Positions 26,199 to 36,229 are shown, counted from the first letter of the stretch. The stretch is DNA of 64,000 nt from Candidatus Peribacteria bacterium (GCA_943355055.1 CALREA010000001.1:26722-90721); one strand, 5' to 3'. Notes: generated by a model from the sequence alone, not told the origin. Made by a program: numbers and translations.

Positions 26199-27344
26199 TT
26201 ACTTCTTTCCTCTCACGATCATGCCCAATTCATATTGTCGCCGTACGAATGATCCGAAACCGGCCAGAAGAAGGGCGGAACTTACGATGGCGCCCAGAAG
26301 GGGAATCATACATACCAACGTATAGGCGAACATGCCCAGCGCCATCACACCGTAGGTTTTTGCATTGGATCGTGGCTTGTGCTTCAAAATGACATTTCCC
26401 AGGAATAGTCCGATCACAATAGGGGTAACATATAATCCGATAGCGAGACAGGCGGCAACAATCAGCGAAAGTGGTATTCCCACGATAGTGATAGCGGCTA
26501 TCAAACTGAAAGCGGCGCCGGAAGTGAAAACGAGGAATCCCAGACCAAGGTGTTTCCAGAAATTCTTTCGCATCATCTCGGAAATTTTCATGACCTCATG
26601 CGGGACGAAGAGGAACAACAGTAATCCGACGAGCAACAATGATATATACGTAAGTAATTTGATGACGACATATCCCATGCTGAAAAATCCAAGAATAATT
26701 TCCCGATACGGACCACTCCCGTCACCGCGACGTTCCGTTTTACCACCGACAACACCGCTCGGAATCAGGGCCGGATTACGGGAGTAATATCGAAAGTCAC
26801 CTTTGATTTTAGCGCTTCCGGAGAGGTTAATCACGTCATCAGCCGTCACGTCGACATTTCCATTCACCCATCCCTTGAGCTTGAAGAAGCTCGCGCGCCC
26901 GAGTACATCCTCGCTCACATTACCATCAATCGTAATAATCCCTCCTGTTACCAGGACGCTTCCGCCTACGGTGGAGTTTCTCGCAATTTCCAACGTTCCC
27001 GCGGAAACAACAACATCTTTTTTTACATTCCCTGAAATGGAGACCGTCCCGCCAATCACACGCACGCTGTCCCCGACATTGGCATAAATATTGACCTTGC
27101 CTCCCAAAATCAAAACATCTCCCGAAACATCCGCCTGGATATTCACGATACCACCAGCAATAACCGCATCACCCGTAACAGGCTGATCAATATTGACCTC
27201 GCCACCCACCGCGTAAAAATTATCCGTCAGTGGGGCGCTGACATCGACACTCCTTCCGGATCCAACTGAATAAGCGCTGGAGGATGCGACAGAAATGACT
27301 AACAGGAAAAGCGAAACCAGGAAAAGTGAGGATATTTTTTTCAT
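26199..27344 (-). CDS. membrane protein with bactofilin-like beta-helix repeats
   Basis: Signal peptide, then repeated G(G/D)xVxIxxxVxGD units (polymer-forming cytoskeletal/bactofilin-like), then about 4-5 C-terminal TM helices. Confidence 0.8.
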   Translation of the reverse strand: MKKISSLFLVSLFLLVISVASSSAYSVGSGRSVDVSAPLTDNFYAVGGEVNIDQPVTGDAVIAGGIVNIQADVSGDVLILGGKVNIYANVGDSVRVIGGTVSISGNVKKDVVVSAGTLEIARNSTVGGSVLVTGGIITIDGNVSEDVLGRASFFKLKGWVNGNVDVTADDVINLSGSAKIKGDFRYYSRNPALIPSGVVGGKTERRGDGSGPYREIILGFFSMGYVVIKLLTYISLLLVGLLLFLFVPHEVMKISEMMRKNFWKHLGLGFLVFTSGAAFSLIAAITIVGIPLSLIVAACLAIGLYVTPIVIGLFLGNVILKHKPRSNAKTYGVMALGMFAYTLVCMIPLLGAIVSSALLLAGFGSFVRRQYELGMIVRGKK

Positions 27345-27384
27345 AATCTACGAAAATGAGTGAGTGAGTTTCGCAAAAAGTATA

Positions 27385-28854
27385 CTACGCTCTCACGAAC
27401 AGTGCCACTGTTTCGATATGGGCCGTTTGAGGAAATTGATCAAACGGACTCACGGATGTGAGGCGGTACCCGTTCCCACACAGAATTTTCGCATCCCTCG
27501 CGAATGTCGCTGGATTGCACGAGACATATATAAGCGCCTTCGGCGCAATCGCGACCACTTGTTCCAAAACCTTAACCTCCATGCCACTTCTCGGCGGATC
27601 GATCGTCATAATATCCATCATGGTACCCGCCATTTCATCCAATATTTTTTTCACATCACCCTCGTGGAAGGTAATATTTTGTACATGATTCAATTCCGCA
27701 TTTTCCTTCGCGCTCGCGATGGCATTCGCGTTCAGCTCGATACCAACCACAGATTTCAGATACCGACTCAGTACAATGCCAATCGTTCCGGTCCCGCAGT
27801 ACAGATCATACGCGCGCATCGTCGACAGCATTTCTTCTGAAAAATGCCCCTTCAATAATGCCGCCACCTCTCCATAAATTTTTTCGGCTATCAACGTGTT
27901 AGGTTGGAAAAACGCGAGAGGCTTGACGTGAAACTGCAGTCGAGTATCCGAAATATGCATCTCCTCCCGGTAATAATCCCGACCCTGAAGAACTCGCTCC
28001 TCCAGCCGAGTCGGCGAACCCTTGGCATCATGGACGATGATTTGAACAACGGAAACGATTTCCGGAAATTTGCGCAACCTACTTAGTAATCCTTCCGTAT
28101 CGAATTTTGCATCCGAACTCTGAATAATAACCATATACTCTCCCGTCCGCTTCCCCTCGCGCACAAACACGGATCGCAGTAGTCCCCGATGTTTCCGCAT
28201 GTCATAGAGAACGTTTTCTCCACGCGCATGCATCTCCACGAAAAACTCACGCATCGACTTGAAAATCTCTACCGACTTCTCTGACTGCAAAAAACACTCC
28301 TGAACATTCACCGTATCGTAGTGCATTTTCTTCACGTGAAAACCACCGGACAGCTCGCCGCGTGCATCTATGGAAAAACTCCACTCCATTTTATTTCGAT
28401 AATACCAGGGCGCTTCATTATTCGTAGCATCTCCGCACCCCACAATGTCGCGAAAAACTTCGTTCAGTACCTCCAGCGAAAATCCCCCAATATGCAATAA
28501 CGTCTCGCGCACCAGCTGCTCCTTCCACTGTAACTGCTTTTCATACGCCAAAAACTGCCAACTACATCCTCCGCATTGTTCAAAATGTTTACATCTCGCC
28601 GCGACACGCTCATCCGACCCTTTTACGATCCTCGTCAGTTTTCCCTCACCAAATGATGATTTTTTCTTTGCCAATCGCACCTCAATCTCGTCACCAACAC
28701 AAACATCATCAATAAAAATAGGAACACGGCGTTTCAAAGAGTGCTCACCGGTAATTTCTGTTTCCACAAACCCCAACCCTTGCCCGCCTAGCGCGAACTT
28801 CTCAATCTTCAACGGAATAATATCTCCTTTTTTCATACCCAATACATGTAGCAT
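27385..28854 (-). CDS. TRAM-domain 23S rRNA (uracil-C5)-methyltransferase, RlmD/RumA family
   Basis: N-terminal TRAM domain, Fe-S cysteines CKHFEQCGGCSWQ, SAM motif DLYCGTGTIG, DPPRSG, and catalytic YVSCNPATFARD. Confidence 0.85.
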   Translation of the reverse strand: MLHVLGMKKGDIIPLKIEKFALGGQGLGFVETEITGEHSLKRRVPIFIDDVCVGDEIEVRLAKKKSSFGEGKLTRIVKGSDERVAARCKHFEQCGGCSWQFLAYEKQLQWKEQLVRETLLHIGGFSLEVLNEVFRDIVGCGDATNNEAPWYYRNKMEWSFSIDARGELSGGFHVKKMHYDTVNVQECFLQSEKSVEIFKSMREFFVEMHARGENVLYDMRKHRGLLRSVFVREGKRTGEYMVIIQSSDAKFDTEGLLSRLRKFPEIVSVVQIIVHDAKGSPTRLEERVLQGRDYYREEMHISDTRLQFHVKPLAFFQPNTLIAEKIYGEVAALLKGHFSEEMLSTMRAYDLYCGTGTIGIVLSRYLKSVVGIELNANAIASAKENAELNHVQNITFHEGDVKKILDEMAGTMMDIMTIDPPRSGMEVKVLEQVVAIAPKALIYVSCNPATFARDAKILCGNGYRLTSVSPFDQFPQTAHIETVALFVRA

Positions 28855-28880
28855 AGGCTAGCCAAAAAGTCCAACACGCC

Positions 28881-30788
28881 CTATGCGGCCTCGGACAGCG
28901 TCTCAGTCATCTCGGGATATGAGTCTTCCACGCCGGAAGTAGTATCAGAATTTCGCCGTATATGATCGACTAATCGGCCCCACTCTCCCCTGAGGTGCGG
29001 CTGCCACTGGGGATCGGCCTCGGCAAGAACATGGGCAACATGCATCCGCTCTTCTTCATCCATGAAAAAATAACTCTCACCGGTCATCTTGCCCTTTTCT
29101 CCACCTTCAACAATAATATCCGGATCGAGCACACTAAGATCACGCAAAGTTTCAAAAAGTTCCTCACGGCATCGGCGCACGACTTGTTGATAGACCTGCA
29201 AATACACCGAGCCTTCCGGCCCCTTGACTGTAACGCGAGTATGAGGGTTGATCGATCGGGGATTCAAGTGACCGTATCGAGACATCGTTATATCGACATC
29301 CACTTTTTTTGCATTCTCGGACAGTCGACGAATTCGCGACTCATACATGGCATATGGTTGGAGGATAGTATGATATTTTTCACGCAGACTTCCGGGAGTC
29401 ATGCTGGATGCTGACGAATTATTGACATGCGAGTTAACATCGGTTGAATCGGAAATCGGCTTAGCCTGACCATCCTCACGAAATTTAGCATGCTGACGGG
29501 CGATATCGGGAATAGCCTCACGGAGGAGACGCATTTTTTCCAGTTCACCGGCATCGGCAACCAGAGCGATAATACCGTCACCATACAGAAATCGTTCGTG
29601 GCTGTCGGCTTGTGCTATAAGTTTGAAAAGGGGATTATCTTCTCCATCGAGAAAGGCATCCAGCTCGGCGAATTTTGAATTCCCGGTAATATACAGACCG
29701 AAATTACTAACAGGATCGAAAGAATTGTTCTTACCCTTTCGTGACATCGCGTTGAGGATTTTTTTTGCTTGAATAGCACTCTGCCCTGCGGGAAACTGAC
29801 CCGAGGTGACAAGATCGAGAGACTCTCGGGTGATGACTTCGATACCATCGACATAGCCCGCTTTCCATTTGGAAAGTATAAAACCATTTTCAAAAGTAAC
29901 GTCAGTAGCGTCGCCGAGTAACTCCATGACGGCGGCCGCTTGATCCGTCCATGTACCCTCGCTGCCTGACATAAGTGGGACGAAAAATCCGAAACGGTGT
30001 TTTGGACGGCGCAGTACTCGAAGTTCCATCTCGACAACACCACCCGTCATGCCCCAGAGACCTTGATGTTCCTTGATGTCATCAGGATGGGTAAGTCGAA
30101 TGAGTTTTTTACCATCCGTCATCGTGACCGACTTCGTGATCTCGTTCAATCGTATTCTGGATGGACCTTGCGCGCCTGTGGCAAAAACAGCACCACTATG
30201 GGCGGTATCCATCGTCGTTAAGTCGATCGGCACGAAATACTCATAGTGTTCATCATCACCAAACGCCTCTCCCAAAACATGATTGATCTGACTGAATGTT
30301 ATGCCGGCACCCACGGTTACCGTGTGCTGCTCCTCGCCTTCACGATGCTCATTCACACGGATTTCATCTGAGCGCACCGTTTGTAGTGCCGTGTCATGCC
30401 ACGTAGTATCATCGCGTCTATAATCCAGATGGGTATAGGAGATATCCCCTTGCTGATCAGCCGTAGCGGTTGATGACTGTATACCGACCATCCCCGAATA
30501 GACCGAACCGTCAGGTCGTGGTCGATAGGAGCGACCGAAATTATTGGTGGCGCTGGTCAAAGCCCCGATCATGATGGGGGAAAGGCCGCGCGCGACAGCG
30601 TCGCGCGCGGCCTCATGAATCGCATTCGTTTTGATAATAATGTCCGCGGGTACCATAATACCACCGTTATCTTTCATCGGGTCTTCAACAATCGCCATCT
30701 GTACGGGCGAAAGGCGGGGAGTTTCCGTATCGTGTCGTTGCGCAGGTGCCATAGTACGTATGTTAGAGTAATGCAACCATACGCTCAT
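28881..30788 (-). CDS. divergent FAD-binding (PCMH/FAD-linked oxidase-like) protein, function unknown
   Basis: 635 aa. It has GAGITFSQINHVL and GLWGMTGGVVEMELRVLRRP, which resemble the FAD_binding_4 fold. The C-terminal half is not recognisable. Confidence 0.65.
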   Translation of the reverse strand: MSVWLHYSNIRTMAPAQRHDTETPRLSPVQMAIVEDPMKDNGGIMVPADIIIKTNAIHEAARDAVARGLSPIMIGALTSATNNFGRSYRPRPDGSVYSGMVGIQSSTATADQQGDISYTHLDYRRDDTTWHDTALQTVRSDEIRVNEHREGEEQHTVTVGAGITFSQINHVLGEAFGDDEHYEYFVPIDLTTMDTAHSGAVFATGAQGPSRIRLNEITKSVTMTDGKKLIRLTHPDDIKEHQGLWGMTGGVVEMELRVLRRPKHRFGFFVPLMSGSEGTWTDQAAAVMELLGDATDVTFENGFILSKWKAGYVDGIEVITRESLDLVTSGQFPAGQSAIQAKKILNAMSRKGKNNSFDPVSNFGLYITGNSKFAELDAFLDGEDNPLFKLIAQADSHERFLYGDGIIALVADAGELEKMRLLREAIPDIARQHAKFREDGQAKPISDSTDVNSHVNNSSASSMTPGSLREKYHTILQPYAMYESRIRRLSENAKKVDVDITMSRYGHLNPRSINPHTRVTVKGPEGSVYLQVYQQVVRRCREELFETLRDLSVLDPDIIVEGGEKGKMTGESYFFMDEEERMHVAHVLAEADPQWQPHLRGEWGRLVDHIRRNSDTTSGVEDSYPEMTETLSEAA

Positions 30789-30925
30789 GAAATTTCATTT
30801 CAACACGTGCACGAAGCACACCGAAAAAACAGCTTCCAATAGAGAAAAAAATATGATAATACATGTGTTGAAGGATAGTCAACAGCAGACGAGCAAAGTC
30901 GAGCCATTGATTCCGTTCCCATATC

Positions 30926-31684
30926 ATGAACAACGCCATAATCCAATTTCTGACCGCCCAAGGACTCAATGAAAAAGATATTGAGGTATATATCGATATC
31001 TATCAGCACAGCCAATCATACGCGAGTTCCATCGCACTACGTTCCGGTATTGATCGCACGACCGTATACTCGGTAATCAGACGACTCCTCAAATTAGGCG
31101 TCATTGCGCAGACAAAGACGAATGATATCAAAGCCTATCTCGCGCTTTCTCCTGAGATTTTTCTCGACAAAATCGATCGCTCAATCGAGGATCTCTCCGC
31201 GAGAAAAAAATCAACAGCACTGTTTGTTGAGGAAATGATGAAGATAAAAAAGCAACAATTTGAAAAGCCAAAAATACAAATATACGAAGGAGATGAAGCG
31301 ATCATGGGACTGTACCAATACACACTTTCGCATCCCGGCGTGCAAAAATCCTTCCTCACCATTAAGCGAATTCCACAGTCGTTAAGCGATTTTTTGAAGA
31401 AAGAGTACATCAAGGCAAAAATCAAAAAACACGTTCATAGCCGGGTGCTAATTGCACGAACTCCATTTGCAACAAAATACAAATCGCTCGATGCGAAATC
31501 AAACCGCGCCACCAAAATCGTGACCAAGCATCCGTTTGACCTCCATTCCGAAGTCATCATGTTCAACAAGAACGAAGTTGCCATTATCGACTTCCACAAA
31601 CAGATTTATGGAATCATCATCAAATCAGAAACACTCTACAAAACCACGGAGGCACTCTTTGACTACATCTGGGCCAGCGAGTAG
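30926..31684 (+). CDS. TrmB-family transcriptional regulator
   Basis: N-terminal winged HTH (LNEKDIEVYIDIYQHSQSYASSIALRSGIDRTTVYSVIRRLLKLGVI). 252 aa. Confidence 0.8.
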   Translation: MNNAIIQFLTAQGLNEKDIEVYIDIYQHSQSYASSIALRSGIDRTTVYSVIRRLLKLGVIAQTKTNDIKAYLALSPEIFLDKIDRSIEDLSARKKSTALFVEEMMKIKKQQFEKPKIQIYEGDEAIMGLYQYTLSHPGVQKSFLTIKRIPQSLSDFLKKEYIKAKIKKHVHSRVLIARTPFATKYKSLDAKSNRATKIVTKHPFDLHSEVIMFNKNEVAIIDFHKQIYGIIIKSETLYKTTEALFDYIWASE

Positions 31685-31705
31685 TATAAACACAAATCCC
31701 TCCTC

Positions 31706-32779
31706 ATGAAACATCGTATTATCGTCATTGTATCGCTGCTCATCGTTACCGGCCTTTTCTTCGGCTCAGGCATTATTATTAATTCAAAAAAAGAAATATC
31801 GGAAAAAGTTCTCACCTCCATCGCGGGTACCTCGAATGTAAAAATGCTCAAGAGTGAAGAACCAACGCTTGTCCCGCTACCTCAGAAGCAAGCCACATAT
31901 CAATCGCCTATTTCAACCACACTTGAATCACGCCCGCAATCCAAATACATCAAACTTCTCTTCCTCGGCGACATCATGCTCGGTCGTTACGTCCGCACCC
32001 TCATGAATAAAAATCACGACCAAAATTACGCCTTTGCAAAAGCTCATCCATCTACGGGCCCCGGAACAAACTTCCTCAAAAGCTATTTCGACCGCGTGAT
32101 AGCCAATCTCGAGGGTCCAATCGTGCCAAACCCGAATAATGCGCAAACCGGTACGAATTTCGGATTCGCTCCCGACACCGCGCAAATAATCAAAAACAAC
32201 GGCATCGACATCGTCACCGTCGCGAACAACCACACACTCGACCAAGGGCAAAAAGGCTTCGCCTCAACGCTGGAGTATCTATTACAGGCAAAAATTAAAT
32301 ACTTCGGCCACCCCATTCTTCCCATCGAGTCCGATACCCTCTACGAAACGATCAGTGGAAAAAAGTTCGCCTTTATCGGCTTCCACGACGCGACGCACCA
32401 CCTGGACGATCAGGCGGCAGCAAAATTAATTCAAAAAATAAGCCCCTCCGTCGACTACACTATTGTTGCGATTCACTGGGGAATTGAATACAAAAAAACT
32501 CCATCACCGCGCCAACAACAGCTCGCCCATCTCTTCATCGACTCCGGGGCCAGTCTCATCATCGGTCACCATCCGCACATTCCTCAGACCACCGAAATCT
32601 ACAACGGCGCGCCTATCGTCTACTCGCTCGGCAACTTCATCTTCGATCAATACTGGTCCGACGCCACCCAACACGGCCTCACCATTGAAGCTGTTTTCTC
32701 CACCGACCCCCTTGACCGCACGATACAGATTTTCGAACACCCGATAGATCTGTACAAGAGTCAACCGATCTGGAAATAG
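31706..32779 (+). CDS. CapA-family metallophosphatase (poly-gamma-glutamate synthesis protein-like)
   Basis: TM anchor plus the motifs LLFLGDIMLGR, VANNHTLDQG, IHWGIEY and IGHHPH. Confidence 0.85.
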   Translation: MKHRIIVIVSLLIVTGLFFGSGIIINSKKEISEKVLTSIAGTSNVKMLKSEEPTLVPLPQKQATYQSPISTTLESRPQSKYIKLLFLGDIMLGRYVRTLMNKNHDQNYAFAKAHPSTGPGTNFLKSYFDRVIANLEGPIVPNPNNAQTGTNFGFAPDTAQIIKNNGIDIVTVANNHTLDQGQKGFASTLEYLLQAKIKYFGHPILPIESDTLYETISGKKFAFIGFHDATHHLDDQAAAKLIQKISPSVDYTIVAIHWGIEYKKTPSPRQQQLAHLFIDSGASLIIGHHPHIPQTTEIYNGAPIVYSLGNFIFDQYWSDATQHGLTIEAVFSTDPLDRTIQIFEHPIDLYKSQPIWK

Positions 32780-32789
32780 AATCAGCAAA

Positions 32790-34133
32790 TTATTCTTCCG
32801 AAAGCCCCTCAACATTAGCCGTGGTTTTTCGGGCGTATTCAGTCAGATCGGTGAGGTGATCAATAAGTTGGTCATCTGCGCCATTTTCAAGCCATTCAGC
32901 TGCCTGTGTTTTTGCCCTGGAAGGAAGATGATGTGCGACAGCGCAAAAAATAATAATTTGCTTTCTCATAGCTTCTTTGTTCGTTTCAAGTTTCTTCCAT
33001 CCTGATGCATCATTACTTCTTTTTATCAGATCGCAGATATTATCGATCATGAAGAGAAACGCAGCTCGATGATGATCCTCTCCGCGTAGCTTGATCATGC
33101 TGCCCGGAATGCGAATATCTTTTGGAAGGGCTTGATTGATGACCGACGCGCCACGCCTATCTTCGGGAATATCATGGAGGGCAAAGGATGTGAATTGATA
33201 GGGGCCAAATGACGTCCATCTATCTCCAAGCGCGGGAATACTATAGAGAAAACGTGTTCCTGCGTTTTTGAGAAGAAACTCAAGCATATTTTTATTGAGC
33301 TCGCCATTCGCCGATGGCATCAGTTCCGTAAGACTATATGCCACAACATCTTTGGCGGTAATAAGTTTTACAACTTTTTCTGCGAGTTTTCGTTCACCTC
33401 TGTTCATATTTTTGAGTTCTGCTATCTTGTCCCATGAAATTTCAGAATTTGTTTCATCAAGAACATCAGCGATTATCGTTTCATAATCTTTCATAGACAC
33501 CGTATCGTGTGGTTTTTTCTTGTATTCATCGAGTATTGTCGACGCTATTTCTTGAACGACCGGATTATCAGGTGAAATTTCTTTTTTCTTCTCCCACATA
33601 AGCTCAAGTCGACCATAAAAATTAATGTTTACCTTTTCCGGCGCTTCTTCCTCGATGCCGGTGTATTGCGTAAAAAGGCTTCTCAACGCCACTCCTTCCA
33701 GATTTCCGGTCTTACAGGTGACCTCTTCGTTTGAACAGTCGAGATCTTCCCTGTCGGACTCAATAAATTTTCCATTCGCAAATTGACCTTCTATAAACGT
33801 TCCGGAGGGCAGTATAATTTTTCCTTTTCCATGAAGTTTTCCATGTCGAAATCTACCGATTTCCTTTGCTCCTCCCGGATAAATAATTTCTCCGAGTCCA
33901 CGGAGCTTACCGTTTTTATCTAAAGTACCTTGTATAATGACGCCCGAGTCGGTATTCCCAGAAGGACTGGAAGCTTTTTCTGTATGCAAAACACCATGTG
34001 CCGAAGAATGCGTATCGCGAGATACGGACGCAATGCCGGCATCGTTCGCCTGAGGTGCGATTGGCCTCTTGCATGCCTCCGTCGGGAGCGCGAGAGTGAT
34101 GGCCGCAGCGGTAAGGAGTGGAGTAAGCTTCAT
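32790..34133 (-). CDS. MORN-repeat lipoprotein with an uncharacterised C-terminal domain
   Basis: Lipobox LALPTEAC. MORN-like repeats GKLRGLGEIIYPGGAKEIGRFRHGKLHGKGKIILPSGTFIEGQFANGKF. 447 aa. Confidence 0.8.
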   Translation of the reverse strand: MKLTPLLTAAAITLALPTEACKRPIAPQANDAGIASVSRDTHSSAHGVLHTEKASSPSGNTDSGVIIQGTLDKNGKLRGLGEIIYPGGAKEIGRFRHGKLHGKGKIILPSGTFIEGQFANGKFIESDREDLDCSNEEVTCKTGNLEGVALRSLFTQYTGIEEEAPEKVNINFYGRLELMWEKKKEISPDNPVVQEIASTILDEYKKKPHDTVSMKDYETIIADVLDETNSEISWDKIAELKNMNRGERKLAEKVVKLITAKDVVAYSLTELMPSANGELNKNMLEFLLKNAGTRFLYSIPALGDRWTSFGPYQFTSFALHDIPEDRRGASVINQALPKDIRIPGSMIKLRGEDHHRAAFLFMIDNICDLIKRSNDASGWKKLETNKEAMRKQIIIFCAVAHHLPSRAKTQAAEWLENGADDQLIDHLTDLTEYARKTTANVEGLSEE

Positions 34134-34225
34134 ATATTTGAATCATAACATAAAATAAAATAAAATCAATATGCAAAGCTGAAAATTTATAACGACGTTC
34201 ATATCCAATGCCTCTTGTACCAAAT

Positions 34226-34255
34226 ATGTATCAAAAATGTATCATTTTGATATCA
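34226..34255 (+). promoter_or_regulatory. 11-bp-phased direct repeats ATGTATCA (34226, 34237; degenerate third copy at 34248)
   Basis: Seen directly in the sequence. The same arrangement occurs at 57000/57011/57022. Confidence 0.35.
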
Positions 34256-34335
34256 TATCCAAAAATACAACAAGGCTTCCGTCTTCTACTGGAACGAAAC
34301 AGGCATTTGTAGTCCCAAAAAAGTCAACATAACTA

Positions 34336-34560
34336 AAAAAGCCCCAGTTTTTCAAAAATTCCAACATTGACTTTTATGTTGATGAGTTTATGAATATATA
34401 ATTCTCAGAAAAGTACCATTTTTAAAGCTGTAGCGAAGCATCCCTTGTGGAAAAATTTCGGCGCCGAAATTCTTGAATAGATCATGATTTCGGATAAAGT
34501 CAAACGCGCGCGCACAGGCTACATTTCACGATGGCTTTTTTAGGCTAAGTAATTTGCTTT
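34336..34560 (+). repeat. second, partly degenerate copy of the MITE-like module
   Basis: 34355-34430 is ~80% identical (61/76, ungapped hand alignment) to 5290-5365, including TTGACT. The left TIR-like end is AAAAGCCCCAGTTTTT, and the homologous palindrome is at 34454-34471. The right end is not recognisable. Confidence 0.45.
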
Positions 34561-34645
34561 TAAGACCAAAAAATGGTACAATAAAAAGATACGGTTGAAG
34601 CTAAAAACAGAAAAGCCGGATTTCTATTCGTTAATAAAAAGTAAT

Positions 34646-36046
34646 ATGCACATCAAATTCTGCGGCGCAGCCAGAGAAGTAACCGGATCCAGACACCTCT
34701 TGACCATTAATGGAAAAAAAATCCTCCTCGATTGCGGCATGGCGCAGGGGAGTCGAAAAGAATCGGCGGAAAAAAACAAAACGCTCATGTTCGATCCGAA
34801 GGAGCTTGATATGATTATCGTTTCTCATGCTCACATCGATCACTCGGGAATACTACCTTATGTGGTAAAAAATGGCTTCAAGGGGATTATTTATGCAACA
34901 CCGGCCACCAAGGATCTGGTTGACTACATGCTCATGGACAGTGCGATGATTCAGGAAAAAGAAGCGGAATATCTCGCAAAGAAAGGCAAAACCTGCGAAC
35001 CGCCACTGTACTCTACGGAAGACGCCGAAAATACGGCAAAACTGTTCGTCGGTGTTCCCTATGAGAAATCGATCACCATTGCCGACGGGATCATGCTGAC
35101 GATGTATAACGCCGGCCATATTCTCGGTTCCGCGCAGATTCATATCCAAATCGACGACAAAGAGACAGGGAAGCAGTACACGCTCGGGTTTACCGGTGAT
35201 TTGGGAAGGAAAAACCTCCCACTGCTGAAGGATCCGGTTCTGCTGCCTCCTACCGATTATCTTCTCTGTGAATCGACCTATGGAAATCGTTTCCATGCGG
35301 CCATTCAGACGGTGGAACAGGATCTCGCCGACATCATCAACAGAACAGCCAAGCGCGGCGGAAGAATTATTATTCCCGCATTCGCCCTCGAGCGCACGCA
35401 GGAGATTGTGTACTACCTCAACATTCTTTGGAAGGATAAGAAAATTCCCGAACTGCCGATTTATGTGGATAGCCCACTCTCGGTAAATCTTACCGAGGTA
35501 TTCAAAAAACATCTCGACAATTTCGACGAAGAGACGCATGAGGAATTTATCAAGCATGGGGATAATCCGTTTGGTTTTGGTCGTCTCACCTATACCAAAA
35601 GTGTGGAAGAATCCAAGCGGCTCAATGAACTCAACGGGCCGATGATTATTATTTCATCATCCGGAATGTGCGAGCATGGACGTATCCTCCATCATCTGAA
35701 AAATAATATCAGCAATCCCCGTAACACCGTTCTTCTCGTCGGGTATCAGGCGGAAAATACCCTTGGAAGAAAAATATTTAACGGGGAAAAGTCGGTCAAT
35801 ATCTTCGGCGATCCCTACGACGTGAAGGCGGAAATTATTGTAATGGATGCGTTTTCCGCGCATGCCGACCGCAGCGATCTCCTCGATTACATGAAGAAGC
35901 TAAATGATGTCCAGCCGATAAAAAAAATCTTCCTCATCCACGGCGAAGAAGGTCAGGGGCTCGATTTCGAGATATTCCTTCGCGAATCAGGCTTCACCAA
36001 CATCGCCGTTCCGTCTCCCGGCCAGGAGTTTGAGCTTCCGGAGTAA
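34646..36046 (+). CDS. MBL-fold beta-CASP ribonuclease (RNase J/CPSF-like)
   Basis: VSHAHIDHSG metallo-beta-lactamase motif and collinear beta-CASP motifs. The conserved part starts at MHIKFCGAAREVTGS (ATG 34646); the ORF track starts at 34595 (TTG). Confidence 0.85.
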   Translation: MHIKFCGAAREVTGSRHLLTINGKKILLDCGMAQGSRKESAEKNKTLMFDPKELDMIIVSHAHIDHSGILPYVVKNGFKGIIYATPATKDLVDYMLMDSAMIQEKEAEYLAKKGKTCEPPLYSTEDAENTAKLFVGVPYEKSITIADGIMLTMYNAGHILGSAQIHIQIDDKETGKQYTLGFTGDLGRKNLPLLKDPVLLPPTDYLLCESTYGNRFHAAIQTVEQDLADIINRTAKRGGRIIIPAFALERTQEIVYYLNILWKDKKIPELPIYVDSPLSVNLTEVFKKHLDNFDEETHEEFIKHGDNPFGFGRLTYTKSVEESKRLNELNGPMIIISSSGMCEHGRILHHLKNNISNPRNTVLLVGYQAENTLGRKIFNGEKSVNIFGDPYDVKAEIIVMDAFSAHADRSDLLDYMKKLNDVQPIKKIFLIHGEEGQGLDFEIFLRESGFTNIAVPSPGQEFELPE

Positions 36047-36121
36047 CATTTCAAAGTAACCCCTCTTGCCAAACCTCCCCGCCTCCAGTAAACTCAGCCT
36101 CGCACGTTCCATTCACATCTC

Positions 36122-36196
36122 GCGGGTATCGTATAATGGTTATTATGTCAGTTTTCCAAACTGAAGAAACGGGTCCGATTCCCGTTACCCGCTCCA
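36122..36196 (+). tRNA. tRNA-Gly (anticodon UCC), CCA encoded
   Basis: Acceptor GCGGGTA/TACCCGC, anticodon arm TCAGT-TTTCCAA-ACTGA, T arm ACGGG-TCCGATT-CCCGT. Confidence 0.9.
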
Positions 36197-36204
36197 AATA
36201 ATCA

Positions 36205-36229
36205 CAAAGCTAAATCAGCTTTGATTTTT
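36205..36229 (+). terminator. hairpin plus T-run after tRNA-Gly(UCC)
   Basis: CAAAGCT-AAATC-AGCTTTG followed by ATTTTT. The stem is built from two inverted CAAAGCT motifs. Confidence 0.5.
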
